Source: Ruthenibacterium sp.
Lineage (GTDB): Bacteria; Bacillota; Clostridia; Oscillospirales; Ruminococcaceae
NCBI GenBank assembly: GCA_047030735.1
Contig: JBKYIE010000003.1
Coordinates: forward strand, 123,693-187,692
DNA length: 64,000 bases
Direction: 5' to 3'
The notes beneath the pieces were generated by a model. That model saw nothing but the letters and a program-made list of their open reading frames with translations. It had not been told where the DNA came from and did not search any database. Both the position numbers and the translations under genes were made by a program. Of this stretch, positions 31,040 to 41,195 are shown piece by piece. The first letter of the stretch is position 1, and each line of letters opens with the position of its first letter.

Positions 31040-31298
31040 AGATGACCACGGCCGGTGCGGGTGCTCCAAAAGCTTTCGCTGTGCCCGGGAAAATGCCCGG
31101 GGGCGGGGACCCGTTGGCAGGCTGAGATAAGGCCGGGGAATGCAAGCTGGGGCAGGCAAAAAGAAAAGCGCCCCGCCGTCATTTTAACGGTAGAACGCTA
31201 TGCGGTGAAAAACTTATAAGTGAGCCCATAGGCCCGGGTGATAAAAGGCCCTCAGGGGGGGGCTTGCGCAAGTTGCCGGTGCGGCCGGCGGTTATGAT
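31040..31298 (+). mobile_element. Degenerate IS200-derived miniature element, copy E
   Basis: AAAAGCTTTCGCTGTG left-end motif; right-end-like GGCCCTCAGGGG...CCGGCGGTTATGATT. Confidence 0.45.
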
Positions 31299-31675
31299 TT
31301 GAGCAGGGAAATCGGCGCCCGGGCAGGTAGAGACAACCTGTGAAAAGGCTTTAACCTCAGGTATTCAAAGCAGGCTGCCGGCAACAGGCTGCTAGGTGAG
31401 AAGCTCACCACCAGAATACAGAACAGCGGCCCGCCGTTTGCGGGCCGCCGAGAGAGGGAGGCGGGCAAAATAACATTCCGCGCGCCCTGCGGGCAGGTGC
31501 CGGGGCGGCAGCCCCTTACGGGGCCCATGCCATGCAAGCCGCCGGTGCAGCCGGCGGCCCTGACTGCCCGGAAAAATTCAGCGGGGCCGCCGGTCCGCTT
31601 TTCGCCCTGTGCGGAAAAATGGAAAACATGCCCCGTGCCCGGCGGCTGCACAGGGAGGAAAAGCGCCGCCGCGCC

Positions 31676-32602
31676 TCACGCAAGCACGGCCTGTGCCAGC
31701 AAAAGCACCAGCGGCAGGCTGGCGGGGAATAAAAAGCTGGTAAGCGCCACGGCCTTGGCCGCAAAATCGGACGGCGCGCCGGCCTGCTGCGCCGCAATTA
31801 CCGTGTTGGCAGCCACGGGCATGGCGCTCATCACCACCATCACCAGCGCCACTTCAAGCGGCGGGTGCAGCAGCCACAGCACAGCGACGGCGGCCAGCGG
31901 AATGCCCGCCAGCCGCAGCAGCGCCGCCGCCTTCAGGGCGCGCCCTTCAAACAGCTCGCGCGGGCGGAAGGCCGCCAGACGCGCACCTACCAGCACAAGG
32001 CTGAGCGGCGAGCACAGCCCGCCCAAAAGAGAGACAGGCTGGCGGATGAGGGCGGGCAGGTGCCAGTCCATCACCAGAAACACCAGCATGGCCAGAGTGG
32101 CCAGCAGGTTGGGGTTGGTGATAAGCGCCTTTACAGAGCCCATTTTTCCATCCGGGCGGAACAGACGCATGCCGAATGAAAAGAACACAAGGTTGAACGC
32201 CAGGTTGAAGAACGCGGCATAGAACAGGCCGCTTTCCGGGAACAGGGCGTCCGCCACAGGAAACCCCAGAAGCCCCACATTTGCAAAAATAAGGCTGGCG
32301 GCAAACAGGCGCCCGCGGCCTGGCGACCCGCTTACGCGCCGCGCCAGCAGCACGGCCAGCGGGAACACCACGGCAAAAAAGCCGAAGGAAAGCGCCAGCA
32401 TCCACAGGGTGCCGGTGCGCCGCTCCGGCGTCAGCGGCCCTTCTGCAGACAGAAAAATGGCCGCCGGAAGCGAAAACGACATCAGAAAAGCCGAAAGCGC
32501 GCGCTGCGCCGCCTCGTTCAAACAGCCGAGGCGGCCGGCCGCAAGGCCGACCGCCATCATAAACAGAATGACGCACGTCTGGGAAAGGATGGTCTGTGTC
32601 AA
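31676..32602 (-). CDS. AEC (auxin efflux carrier) family transporter
   Basis: FANVGLLGFP, ITNPN, SAMPVA; about 10 TM helices; TTG start after GAGG. Confidence 0.88.
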   Translation of the reverse strand: MTQTILSQTCVILFMMAVGLAAGRLGCLNEAAQRALSAFLMSFSLPAAIFLSAEGPLTPERRTGTLWMLALSFGFFAVVFPLAVLLARRVSGSPGRGRLFAASLIFANVGLLGFPVADALFPESGLFYAAFFNLAFNLVFFSFGMRLFRPDGKMGSVKALITNPNLLATLAMLVFLVMDWHLPALIRQPVSLLGGLCSPLSLVLVGARLAAFRPRELFEGRALKAAALLRLAGIPLAAVAVLWLLHPPLEVALVMVVMSAMPVAANTVIAAQQAGAPSDFAAKAVALTSFLFPASLPLVLLLAQAVLA

Positions 32603-32629
32603 AGCGAACCTCCTCTGGGTGCAAAGGGC

Positions 32630-33592
32630 TCAGTCTTTCCGGCGCAGATGCACGGCAAAGCCACCGAACTCCTGTTCAAAATAGATGGCAATAAGCCCTT
32701 TATCGTCTCTGGCCACGCCCTCCTCACGGAAGGCATAGCCACGGCGCTTGAAATAGGCCACCGCGCGGTCAATGTCGTTCACGGCTACGGCAATGTGGCC
32801 GTGTGCGCCAAGGAAGGGCTTTTTCACCACCTCCAGCATAGTGCCGGCAAACACGGCGGCGGGCAGGTCGGTTACCGGCAGGCCGAACAGTGCGGCAAAG
32901 CCGGCGGCGGTCTGCTGCGCCTCCTGCGGGCCGGAGGTGTTCATGCCCACATGCAGCAGGGTGAAGCCGTGCATCACGCGCACGGCCTCGGCGCACAGGG
33001 CGGTGACGGCGGCAAAGTCCTTTTCCCGAATGGCATCGGCAGGCAGCATCCATGTGCCGCCGCAGGCAATGACGTTGGGCAGGCGCAGAAAATCATTCAG
33101 GTTCGCGGCGTTTACGCCGCCGGTGGGCACAAAGCGCACTTTTTTGAACGGCCCGTACAGGCCCTTCAGCATGGCAATGCCGCCGGCAGCGGCTGCCGGG
33201 AAGAATTTCATCACCTCAATGCCGTATTCCAGCATCTTCTGTACCTCGGAGGCCGTGCTGACGCCGGGCAGCACGGGCACACCGTGTTCAAGGCACCAGC
33301 GCACCACCGGCTCGCTGATGCCGGGCGTAACGATATAGGCGGCGCCTGCGGCCACGGCGGCCTCGGCGTTTTCCACTGTCAGGACAGTGCCCGCGCCCAC
33401 CAGCATTTCGGGCACATGCTGCCTGATGACGGCAATGCTGGCCGCGGCGGCATCGGTGCGGAACGTCACCTCCGCCGTGGGGATGCCGCCCGCGCACAGG
33501 GCTTTGGCAAGGGGCACGGCGTCTGCGGCATCCTCCAGCGCCACAACGGGCACAATGCCGATTTCAGAAAGCGTGCGAAGCACTTCATGCAT
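32630..33592 (-). CDS. eda: KDPG/KHG aldolase with a C-terminal VOC-like extension
   Basis: AEVTFRT, VGAGTV, KFFPA, FVPTGGV, ACGGTW. Confidence 0.9.
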   Translation of the reverse strand: MHEVLRTLSEIGIVPVVALEDAADAVPLAKALCAGGIPTAEVTFRTDAAAASIAVIRQHVPEMLVGAGTVLTVENAEAAVAAGAAYIVTPGISEPVVRWCLEHGVPVLPGVSTASEVQKMLEYGIEVMKFFPAAAAGGIAMLKGLYGPFKKVRFVPTGGVNAANLNDFLRLPNVIACGGTWMLPADAIREKDFAAVTALCAEAVRVMHGFTLLHVGMNTSGPQEAQQTAAGFAALFGLPVTDLPAAVFAGTMLEVVKKPFLGAHGHIAVAVNDIDRAVAYFKRRGYAFREEGVARDDKGLIAIYFEQEFGGFAVHLRRKD

Positions 33593-34538
33593 GGTGTTCT
33601 TCCTCCTTCATATAGGCGTCAAGCTGCCCGCGGGTGGGCAGGCCGTCGTTGTCGCCGCGGCTCATCACCTGGATGGCGCCGATGGCGTTGCCGCGCTGCA
33701 CGGCGCTTTGCAGGGACAGGCCCTCCATCAGGCCGGAGAGTACGCCAGCCGCAAAGCCGTCGCCTGCGCCCACGGTATCCACTACTTTTTTCACGGTGTA
33801 GCCCGGCACAAACCCGGCCTCGCCCCTGCGGGCATAGTAAGCGCCCCTGCCGCCCAGCTTCACCACCACAAGCTTTGCGCCCGCGGCAAGGTAATGCGCG
33901 GCAATGGCCTCGGGCTCCTCCAGCCCGCACAGAATTTTTGCCTCTGCAATGCCGGGTAGGAACACATCGCTCTGCGCGGCCACTTCGTTCATGAAATCCA
34001 CCATGGTCTTTTCGTCCGGCCAAAGCTGGGGGCGCAGGTTCGGGTCAAACGAGAACATCAGCCCCTTTTCCCCCGCAAGGCGAAGCAGCAGGCGCGTGGC
34101 GGCGCGCGTGCTGTCCGACAAAGCGGGCAGAATACCCGTCATGTGCAGCACGCTGTAGGCCGAAAGGTCAAGCTGCGCCACATCCTCTGCACTGAGGGTG
34201 GAGGCGGCGGAATTTTTGCGGTAGTAATAGATTTCCGGGTCCCCGTGAGAGACCATCGACTTCAGCATGAAGCCGGTGTTTCTCTCGCTGGAAAACCGGG
34301 TGAGCTCGGTGCTGATGCCGTTTTGGGCCATCAGATGAATGATGTGCTTGCCGAACGGGTCTGTGCCCAGCTTGGTCAGATAGCCCACGTCGTGCCCCAG
34401 GCGGCACATGCCCACGGCGACGTTGAATTCTGCGCCGGCAACGGCGAAGGAGTATTCCCCCACGCTGTCCAGCGGGCCTTCGCTTTTGGCGATGAACAGG
34501 CCCATCGGCTCCCCGACGAGCAGGATTTTGGAAGGCAT
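33585..34538 (-). CDS. kdgK: PfkB-family sugar kinase, 2-keto-3-deoxygluconate kinase-like
   Basis: AGAEFNVA, YYRKNSAAS, FDPNLRPQLW, DTVGAGDGF; adjacent to eda. Confidence 0.82.
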   Translation of the reverse strand: MPSKILLVGEPMGLFIAKSEGPLDSVGEYSFAVAGAEFNVAVGMCRLGHDVGYLTKLGTDPFGKHIIHLMAQNGISTELTRFSSERNTGFMLKSMVSHGDPEIYYYRKNSAASTLSAEDVAQLDLSAYSVLHMTGILPALSDSTRAATRLLLRLAGEKGLMFSFDPNLRPQLWPDEKTMVDFMNEVAAQSDVFLPGIAEAKILCGLEEPEAIAAHYLAAGAKLVVVKLGGRGAYYARRGEAGFVPGYTVKKVVDTVGAGDGFAAGVLSGLMEGLSLQSAVQRGNAIGAIQVMSRGDNDGLPTRGQLDAYMKEEEHHA

Positions 34539-34735
34539 GGTCAATAACCTCTTTTCTGGAATGTTCAAAAAATAGCGCAAAATGGCGCTGCGGCGGCCTC
34601 CCCGCCGCGGCACACGCAAACAGGCCCGCGCAAGGGCGCCGGCTTGCCTGCATATGTTCAGCTTTTATGAAACCGGAAACCGGCGCACGCCGCAGAGGCT
34701 GCCCTGCCGCGCGCGGCCGTTCAAACATCAGGGTA

Positions 34736-35785
34736 TCAGGGGCGCAGCAGGGTAGAGGCGCGCGGGCTCAGCTCGCTTGGCAAAAGCACCTCCTGCTTTG
34801 CAAGCGAGGGGTCTGCGATGCGGGCCAACAGCAGGTTGGTGGCCGTGGCGCCTATTTCCCTTGCGTGCACGCTGGCCGTGGTAAGCTGGGGGGCTGTCAG
34901 CTCGGGCCAGTTCATCTGGTCGCCCCAGTTCCAGTCCTCCGGGCCGCACAGGCCTATCTGCTGCGGAATAGACAACCCCATCTCGCGCATGGCGTGCAGG
35001 GTGTAGGTGGTGGTGACGCTGTTCACGCCGATGACGGCGGGCCGCTGCCCGGGCGCGCAGCGGGCCATCAGGTCCTCCAAAGCGCGCACGGCGCTGCCCT
35101 GGTTCTGGCCGTCCACCTCATATACCGGCGCCTCGCCGGGCCGCAGGCCGAACAGCGCCTCGGCGCCCGCCGCAAACGCCTGGCGGCGCTGCAGGCGCAC
35201 GGAGTTGTTGTCCCACCGCTGTGAAAACAGCGCAGGCAGGCCGTAGCCCTGCTCCTTCAGATGCGTCAGCAGCTGGCGGATGGTGGAATGATGGTCTGTG
35301 GTAACGATGTCGAAGGTATGGCCCTTGATATGGCGGTCGCACAGCACCACAGGCACGCCGCGCGCCTCCAAATTTACAAGGAAGGGGTTTTCATAGCTGG
35401 TGGTGTTCACAATCAGGCCGTCCACCCCGCGCGAGAGCAGAAAGGATATCTGATACCGTTCCTTGGCCGGGTCGTCGTCGCAGTTCACGAACACGGGCAC
35501 ATATTCCGTGTTGCGCAGCGCATCGCCCACCCCCAGCAGCACAGCCGTGGAGAAGGGGGAGGATTGGTCGGACACCACGATGCCCAGCAGCAGCGAGCGC
35601 TTGTTTTTCAGGCTGCGCGCAATGGTGCTGGGCTGGTAGCCCGACACGTCGATGACCGATTCAATGCGCCTGCGTGTTTCCGGCGACATCAACTCGAACC
35701 TGCCGTTCAGGTAGCGCGAGATTGTAGTTTTTGACACACCGGAAGCTTTGGCAATATCTGTGATAGTCACCTTTTTCTGTGTCAT
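34736..35785 (-). CDS. LacI-family transcriptional regulator (KdgR-like)
   Basis: VTITDIAKASGVSKTTISRYLNG, YQPSTIARSL. Confidence 0.92.
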   Translation of the reverse strand: MTQKKVTITDIAKASGVSKTTISRYLNGRFELMSPETRRRIESVIDVSGYQPSTIARSLKNKRSLLLGIVVSDQSSPFSTAVLLGVGDALRNTEYVPVFVNCDDDPAKERYQISFLLSRGVDGLIVNTTSYENPFLVNLEARGVPVVLCDRHIKGHTFDIVTTDHHSTIRQLLTHLKEQGYGLPALFSQRWDNNSVRLQRRQAFAAGAEALFGLRPGEAPVYEVDGQNQGSAVRALEDLMARCAPGQRPAVIGVNSVTTTYTLHAMREMGLSIPQQIGLCGPEDWNWGDQMNWPELTAPQLTTASVHAREIGATATNLLLARIADPSLAKQEVLLPSELSPRASTLLRP

Positions 35786-35908
35786 GCTGCGCGCCTCCCG
35801 CCCGGCGGCCGCCCTGCGGGGCCCCGGTATTTGCTTCATTATAGCACACGCCCGGGGCGAACAGGCGACATTTTTTTGCTGTGCGCAAAAAATCGTGAAC
35901 CTGCATAA

Positions 35909-35924
35909 ATGAAACCGGTACACA
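35909..35924. promoter_or_regulatory. Putative LacI-family operator 1
   Basis: ATGAAACCGGTACACA, identical to 36125-36140. Confidence 0.7.
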
Positions 35925-36124
35925 TTGTGCAGAAAAACGGTTTTTTTGAAAATTGCAGAAAAATATAGATTTCTTTCGGGAAGAGTGCTATCATAATACC
36001 CAAGAAAAGGCGGTTTAACACATCATTTTTTATAAAAATAGTATAAGTTTCCGAAACTTTTCCGAAACAACCGCCGTGAAATTCATCCTTTTGTGAAAAG
36101 AGCCAAAAGCTCTTGGATAATTTT

Positions 36125-36140
36125 ATGAAACCGGTACACA
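36125..36140. promoter_or_regulatory. Putative LacI-family operator 2
   Basis: ATGAAACCGGTACACA. Confidence 0.7.
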
Positions 36141-36340
36141 AACAAACATGCATCTGCTGTGAGGAAGGGGGCTGAGACACAGAATATCCGCCGGAAGGCG
36201 TGCGAACTTTGCGTGATACCGCTTGGCGCACGGCGCTTTTGCTCCGGCGGCGCTTCCGGCGCGGGGGGCTGGCCCTCCGCGGTTCTCTGCCGCACCGCTT
36301 CGGTGCGGCACAATGTGCGATAATTTGAGGAGGTAATTTT

Positions 36341-37639
36341 ATGCAACTGGCACTTGGCATCCTGCTGCTGGTGTCGTTCCTGGTCTTTATTGTATACGCG
36401 GCCAAGGGCGGCAACCTGATGATGGGATTGTTTGTCATGGCGGTGCTGTGGTGCGCCATCGGCGCTATCGGCGGCGTCGTCACCTGGGAGGATATCAACA
36501 CCACCGTATTTAATCAGGGCCCGCTGGACTTTGGCTCCACGGCCGTGAACATTATCTTCGGCAGCTGGTTCGGCCGCATCCTGGTCGAAACGGGCATTGC
36601 CGGCACCATCATCCGCAAGGCTGTGGAGCTGGGCGGCGATAAGCCCGGCCTCACCACCAGCCTGCTGTGCATTGTGACCACGGCCATCTTCACCACCGCC
36701 TACGGCGTGGGCGCCGTGATCGCCATCGGCGTTATCGTGTTCCCCATCCTGCTCAGCCTCGGCATCTCGAAGCCGCTGGCCGCCGCAGCCTACACCATGA
36801 GCGTGGGCGCCGGCCTGTACTTCAACAGCTCGCTGCTGAACCAGGCCGCGGGCGTGATGATTGTGAACGACGAGCAGTATTCCTTCGGGCCTGAATGGTA
36901 CCGCTTCGCGGCCGTGGCTCTGGCCATCCACCTGCTGGGCGTTATCCTCATGGTGCTCATCGGCACGCGCAAGGGCGCCAAGAGCCATGCGTGGGCGGCC
37001 TCTGCCGGCAGCATGACCACCGAGAAAAACGTGAACCTGCTGGCCTGCCTGACGCCTATCATCCCCGTCACCATCTCCATTGCCTTCGGCGTGCAGTCCA
37101 TTCCCGCCATTATCATTGCCGTCATCTGGGCTCTGGCCTGGACGGGCTATTTCAAGAGCTGGAACGGCATTGGCGAAGTGGTGCAGAAAACCTTCCACGA
37201 CGGCGTGTCCGACGTGGGCCTGGTGCTGGCCTTCCTGATGTTCCTGCAGATGTTCAATAAGTCTGCCGGCCTTGTGAACGAGCTTCTGAAGCCCATCGTA
37301 GCCCCCATCATCCCGACGAACGTGCTTGTTCTGTTCGTGGCCTTCGGCGTGCTCAGCTTCCTCAGCCTGTTCCGCGGCCCGCTTACCATCTGGGGTGCCG
37401 GCGTGGCGACGTTCGCCATCGTGGCCGGCACGGGCCTCCTGCCGCTGGCAGTGCTGTACCCGCTGTTCTACATCCAGAGCACGACGGTCACCACCAACTG
37501 CTGCCCCACGCAGAGCTGGAATATGTGGGCTATCGGCTACACCAAGATCAGCACCCGCGATTACATGAAGCAGACGCTGGTATATGCGCTGCCCACTGCA
37601 TTGATCCTGGAGATCGTCGCTTACTTTATGTTTGTGTGA
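36341..37639 (+). CDS. Ion-transporter superfamily permease (GntP/citrate-transporter-like)
   Basis: About 11 TM helices; ETGIAGTIIRKAVELGGD; RBS GAGGAGG. Confidence 0.78.
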   Translation: MQLALGILLLVSFLVFIVYAAKGGNLMMGLFVMAVLWCAIGAIGGVVTWEDINTTVFNQGPLDFGSTAVNIIFGSWFGRILVETGIAGTIIRKAVELGGDKPGLTTSLLCIVTTAIFTTAYGVGAVIAIGVIVFPILLSLGISKPLAAAAYTMSVGAGLYFNSSLLNQAAGVMIVNDEQYSFGPEWYRFAAVALAIHLLGVILMVLIGTRKGAKSHAWAASAGSMTTEKNVNLLACLTPIIPVTISIAFGVQSIPAIIIAVIWALAWTGYFKSWNGIGEVVQKTFHDGVSDVGLVLAFLMFLQMFNKSAGLVNELLKPIVAPIIPTNVLVLFVAFGVLSFLSLFRGPLTIWGAGVATFAIVAGTGLLPLAVLYPLFYIQSTTVTTNCCPTQSWNMWAIGYTKISTRDYMKQTLVYALPTALILEIVAYFMFV

Positions 37640-37817
37640 GCACGGTGAGGCCGCAGCCGCCGGAAGCCTGCCACTACACCGAAATGTCGGAACCAGGACG
37701 GTTTGCCACTATATAGATTTGATAAGCGGCCCGCCCGCCGCGCGCATGCACGGCGGGCGGGCCTAGCTTGGGAACAGGGAAAGCCCTGCCCGGGCCAGGA
37801 AAGGAGAGCGTCGCAAC

Positions 37818-39950
37818 ATGGGAGAAAGGAAGATCCGCGTAGGCATCGACGTGGGCGGCACGCACACGAAGGCCGTTGCGCTGGACAACGAGACCCACGA
37901 GATTATTGGAGAATCTGTCGTCATGACCACGCACGACCACGAAATGGGCGTTGCCGCGGGCGTGATAGAATGCTTTGAAAACTGCCTGACCAAAAACAAC
38001 ATCGACCCCGACGACGTTGTTTTTATCGCGCACAGCACCACGCAGGCCACAAACGCCCTGCTGGAAGGCGACGTGGCGAAGGTTGGGATCATCGGTATGG
38101 CGAACGGCGGCATCGAGGGCTGGCTGTCGAAGAAGCAGTCCAACATCCCGGACATTGATCTGGGCACGGGCCGCTTTATCCGCACCTGCCATACTTTTAT
38201 AAAGCTGAAGGACGTGAACGAGCAGACGGTGGAGGCCGCCATTCAGAAGCTGCAGGCAGAGGGCGCGCAGGTCATTGTGGCCAGCAAGGCCTTCGGCGTG
38301 GACAGCATCAAGGAAGAGCTGCTCGTGCGCGACATTGCCGAAAAGCACGGCCTGCTGGTGAGCGTGGCCTCGGATATTTCCAAGCTGTACGGCCTTACGC
38401 GCCGCACGCGCACCGCAGCCATCAACGGCAGCATTCTGCCCAAGATGATGAATACGGCCACCTCCACCGAGCAGAGCGTGCGCCATGCGGGCATTGACGT
38501 GCCCCTGATGATCATGCGCGGCGACGGCGGCGTTATGGACATCAGCGAAATGAAAAAGCGCCCTGTGCTCACCATGCTCAGCGGCCCGGCCGCCAGCGTG
38601 ATGGGCGCGCTGATGTACCTGCGCGCCTCGAACGGCATCTATTTTGAGGTGGGCGGCACCTCCACCAACATCGGCGTCATCAAAAACGGGCGCCCGGCTG
38701 TGGAATATTCCGTGGTGGGCGGGCACCGCACCTATATCAATTCGCTGGATGTGCGTGTTCTGGGCGTGGCCGGCGGCAGCATGGTGCGCGCGGCAGACGG
38801 CAAGCTGGTGGACGTGGGCCCGCGCTCGGCGCACATCGGCGGCCTGAAATATGCCGTGTATACCCCGCTGGAAGAGATAGAGGCCCCCGAACTGGAATTC
38901 TTTGCCCCGAAGGAGGGCGACCCTGCGGACTATGTGCGCATCAAGCTTGCCAGTGGCAAGCGCGTCACCATCACCAACTCCTGCGCGGCCAACGTGCTGG
39001 GCCTTGTGAAGGAAAACGATTATTCCTACGGCATTGTGGAATCTGCCCGCAAGTGCATGCAGCCCCTGGCCGATTATCTCGGCGTCAGCGTGGAGGAGTG
39101 CGCGCGCCAGATTTTGCACAAGGCGTTTGAGAAGATTGAGCCCGTCATTGACGAGCTGGTGGAAAAATACCGCATCGAGAAGGACCAGAGCACCCTGGTG
39201 GGCGTGGGCGGCGGCGCCTCGGCGCTGCTGCCGTACTCCGCCAACCAGATGAATATGAATTACAGCATCCCGAAGTATGCCGAGGTCATCAGCTCTATCG
39301 GCGTGGCGCTGGCCATGATACGCGACGTGGTGGAGCGCGTCATCCCCAACCCCACCACAGAGGACATCTCCAAAATCAAAAAGGAGGCGGCCGCCCTTGC
39401 CATCAAGAACGGCGCCGTGCCGGAGACCGTGGAGGTGCAGATAGAAATAGACCCGCAGACCTCCAAGGTGACGGCCATTGCCATGGGCTCGAACGAGGTG
39501 CAGACCACCAACCTGCTTTTGAACTGCGACGAGGAAGAGGCCCGCAAGCTGGCGGCCGGCTCTATCCGCGGGGCAAAGCCCGAAGAGGTGAAGACGCTGG
39601 CGCAGACGGATGCGTTCTATGTGTTTGGCTGCGAGATGAACGGCAAGCAGCAGGTGCGCCTTGTGGACCACCGCGGCTTCATCAAGGTGCAGGTGGGCGA
39701 CGGCATTGCCGCCATCTGCAAGGCGGCGGACTGGAAGGCAACCGTGGAGGGCATGTGGAAGCAGCAGCTTGCCTATAAGACGGACACGGTGCTCACGCCG
39801 GATGTGTTCCTGTGCGTGGGCGGTAAGGTGCTGGATTTCTCCAACACGGTCAGCCTCGAGCAGCTTGAGATCATTATGGAAAGCGAATTCCTCGACATTG
39901 AGCCGCAGGAAGAGGTGCTGCTTGTGGTCTCCCGCACGGAGCTGAACTGA
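37818..39950 (+). CDS. Hydantoinase/oxoprolinase A-family (ATP-binding) protein
   Basis: RVGIDVGGTHT, HSTTQATNAL, LSGPAAS, EVGGTST, VGGG. Confidence 0.88.
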   Translation: MGERKIRVGIDVGGTHTKAVALDNETHEIIGESVVMTTHDHEMGVAAGVIECFENCLTKNNIDPDDVVFIAHSTTQATNALLEGDVAKVGIIGMANGGIEGWLSKKQSNIPDIDLGTGRFIRTCHTFIKLKDVNEQTVEAAIQKLQAEGAQVIVASKAFGVDSIKEELLVRDIAEKHGLLVSVASDISKLYGLTRRTRTAAINGSILPKMMNTATSTEQSVRHAGIDVPLMIMRGDGGVMDISEMKKRPVLTMLSGPAASVMGALMYLRASNGIYFEVGGTSTNIGVIKNGRPAVEYSVVGGHRTYINSLDVRVLGVAGGSMVRAADGKLVDVGPRSAHIGGLKYAVYTPLEEIEAPELEFFAPKEGDPADYVRIKLASGKRVTITNSCAANVLGLVKENDYSYGIVESARKCMQPLADYLGVSVEECARQILHKAFEKIEPVIDELVEKYRIEKDQSTLVGVGGGASALLPYSANQMNMNYSIPKYAEVISSIGVALAMIRDVVERVIPNPTTEDISKIKKEAAALAIKNGAVPETVEVQIEIDPQTSKVTAIAMGSNEVQTTNLLLNCDEEEARKLAAGSIRGAKPEEVKTLAQTDAFYVFGCEMNGKQQVRLVDHRGFIKVQVGDGIAAICKAADWKATVEGMWKQQLAYKTDTVLTPDVFLCVGGKVLDFSNTVSLEQLEIIMESEFLDIEPQEEVLLVVSRTELN

Positions 39951-40600
39951 TGCTGGCCGGCTGGGCAGGCGGGCTGCTGGCGCTGGACGAGGCTGCGCTT
40001 GTGCGCATTGCCTTCCGGGACGAGCCGCTGCGCGGAAAGCTGACGTCGGCTATGAAACAAAGCCTGTACGAGGGCGCGCGCGCCGAGGGCGAGGCGCGCG
40101 CCGCCCTGCTGCAGGAAAACGGCGGCGCGCTTTCGCTGGACGAAGCGGCCGCCCACTGGGGCGTACAGGTGCGGGACAGCCGCGGCTCCGCTGCGGCGGG
40201 GCTGGGGCTGTTTGCTGTTTTTCACGAGCCGGCCACCATCGAAATAGATGTGCAGAACGCCGCCGATACAGACGAGGCCCTGCAGAGGGCGGGCGTCTAT
40301 GATGCGTTGGGCGCCGTACCCACGCGGGAGATCCTGCTGGCGCATGAGCTGTACCATTTTCTTGAGTTTCGCGACGGCGCGGGCTTTACAGCCCAAAAGC
40401 ATGTCACATTGTGGAGGCTGGGCCGCTTTGCCTATAAAAGCAGCGTGCCCAGCCTGCAGGAGATAGCGGCCATGGCCTTTGCGCAGAAGGCCACCGGCCT
40501 TGCGTGCAGCCCATGGCTGTATAATGTGTTCATGCTGGCGCCGCACAACCCGCAGCGCGCGCTGGCGCTGTTTGAAAGCATGACAGGAAAGGCGGAATGA
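39950..40600 (+). CDS. Hypothetical protein with a zincin HExxH motif
   Basis: LLAHELYH followed by QEIAAMAFA; TGATG coupling to the upstream gene. Confidence 0.7.
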   Translation: MLAGWAGGLLALDEAALVRIAFRDEPLRGKLTSAMKQSLYEGARAEGEARAALLQENGGALSLDEAAAHWGVQVRDSRGSAAAGLGLFAVFHEPATIEIDVQNAADTDEALQRAGVYDALGAVPTREILLAHELYHFLEFRDGAGFTAQKHVTLWRLGRFAYKSSVPSLQEIAAMAFAQKATGLACSPWLYNVFMLAPHNPQRALALFESMTGKAE

Positions 40601-40603
40601 CCA

Positions 40604-41155
40604 ATGGCACTTATTTATGCCGCCGCGGCGCTGGGCGCGGTGCTGTTCTGCGCCAGCCTTGTGCTGCTGCAGAAAAAATCGGCCCCGCCGCAGGCGGGCG
40701 CGCTGGCCGTGCTGCGTGAAGCGCCGGTGACGGTGATATTCGCACCCTTCCTTCTGGCGGTGGCCATTCTTCTGGTGGCGGCCAGGCAGATGGATATTTC
40801 TGTGGGCGGTGCCGGTGACAGCGCCGTGCTGATGACGGCGGCGCTGGTGCTCATCTGTGCGGCGGGCAGCGGGTATATTCTTCTGTTCACCTATGTGCGC
40901 CGCGCGGTGGCTTACCCCGACAGGCTGGAGCTGCAAAGCGCGCTGGGCAAAACGCACAGTGTGCGCTGGCAGGATATTGTGGAGGTGAAAACCACCGTTA
41001 CCTCCAAGCGCGTCACGCTGCGCACGGCGAAGGAGACCGTGAGCGTGAACGGAGACCCCAGGCATTACCGTGCCTTTGTGCAGCAGCTGTACGACCATGT
41101 GCCCGCCCATGTGGGCAGCGACACGCTGGGCCAGCTTCTGCAAAGGCTGAACTGA
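40604..41155 (+). CDS. Membrane protein with a bacterial PH-like C-terminal domain
   Basis: Three TM helices, then 'SALGKTHSVRWQDI'. Confidence 0.6.
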   Translation: MALIYAAAALGAVLFCASLVLLQKKSAPPQAGALAVLREAPVTVIFAPFLLAVAILLVAARQMDISVGGAGDSAVLMTAALVLICAAGSGYILLFTYVRRAVAYPDRLELQSALGKTHSVRWQDIVEVKTTVTSKRVTLRTAKETVSVNGDPRHYRAFVQQLYDHVPAHVGSDTLGQLLQRLN

Positions 41156-41195
41156 GCCGCACCAAGGCGGCATATTTCGGAAGGAGGCGGCGCAT

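Noticed and set aside
31300..31460. Small hairpins with AACCTCAGG, glycine-riboswitch-like
   Set aside because: Missing GGAGA/CCGAAG motifs and located between convergent genes
36160..36230. GGGGGCTGAGA resembling a TPP riboswitch
   Set aside because: Lacks the downstream AACCTGA/TAAT...CGNAGG core, and the context is not thiamine-related
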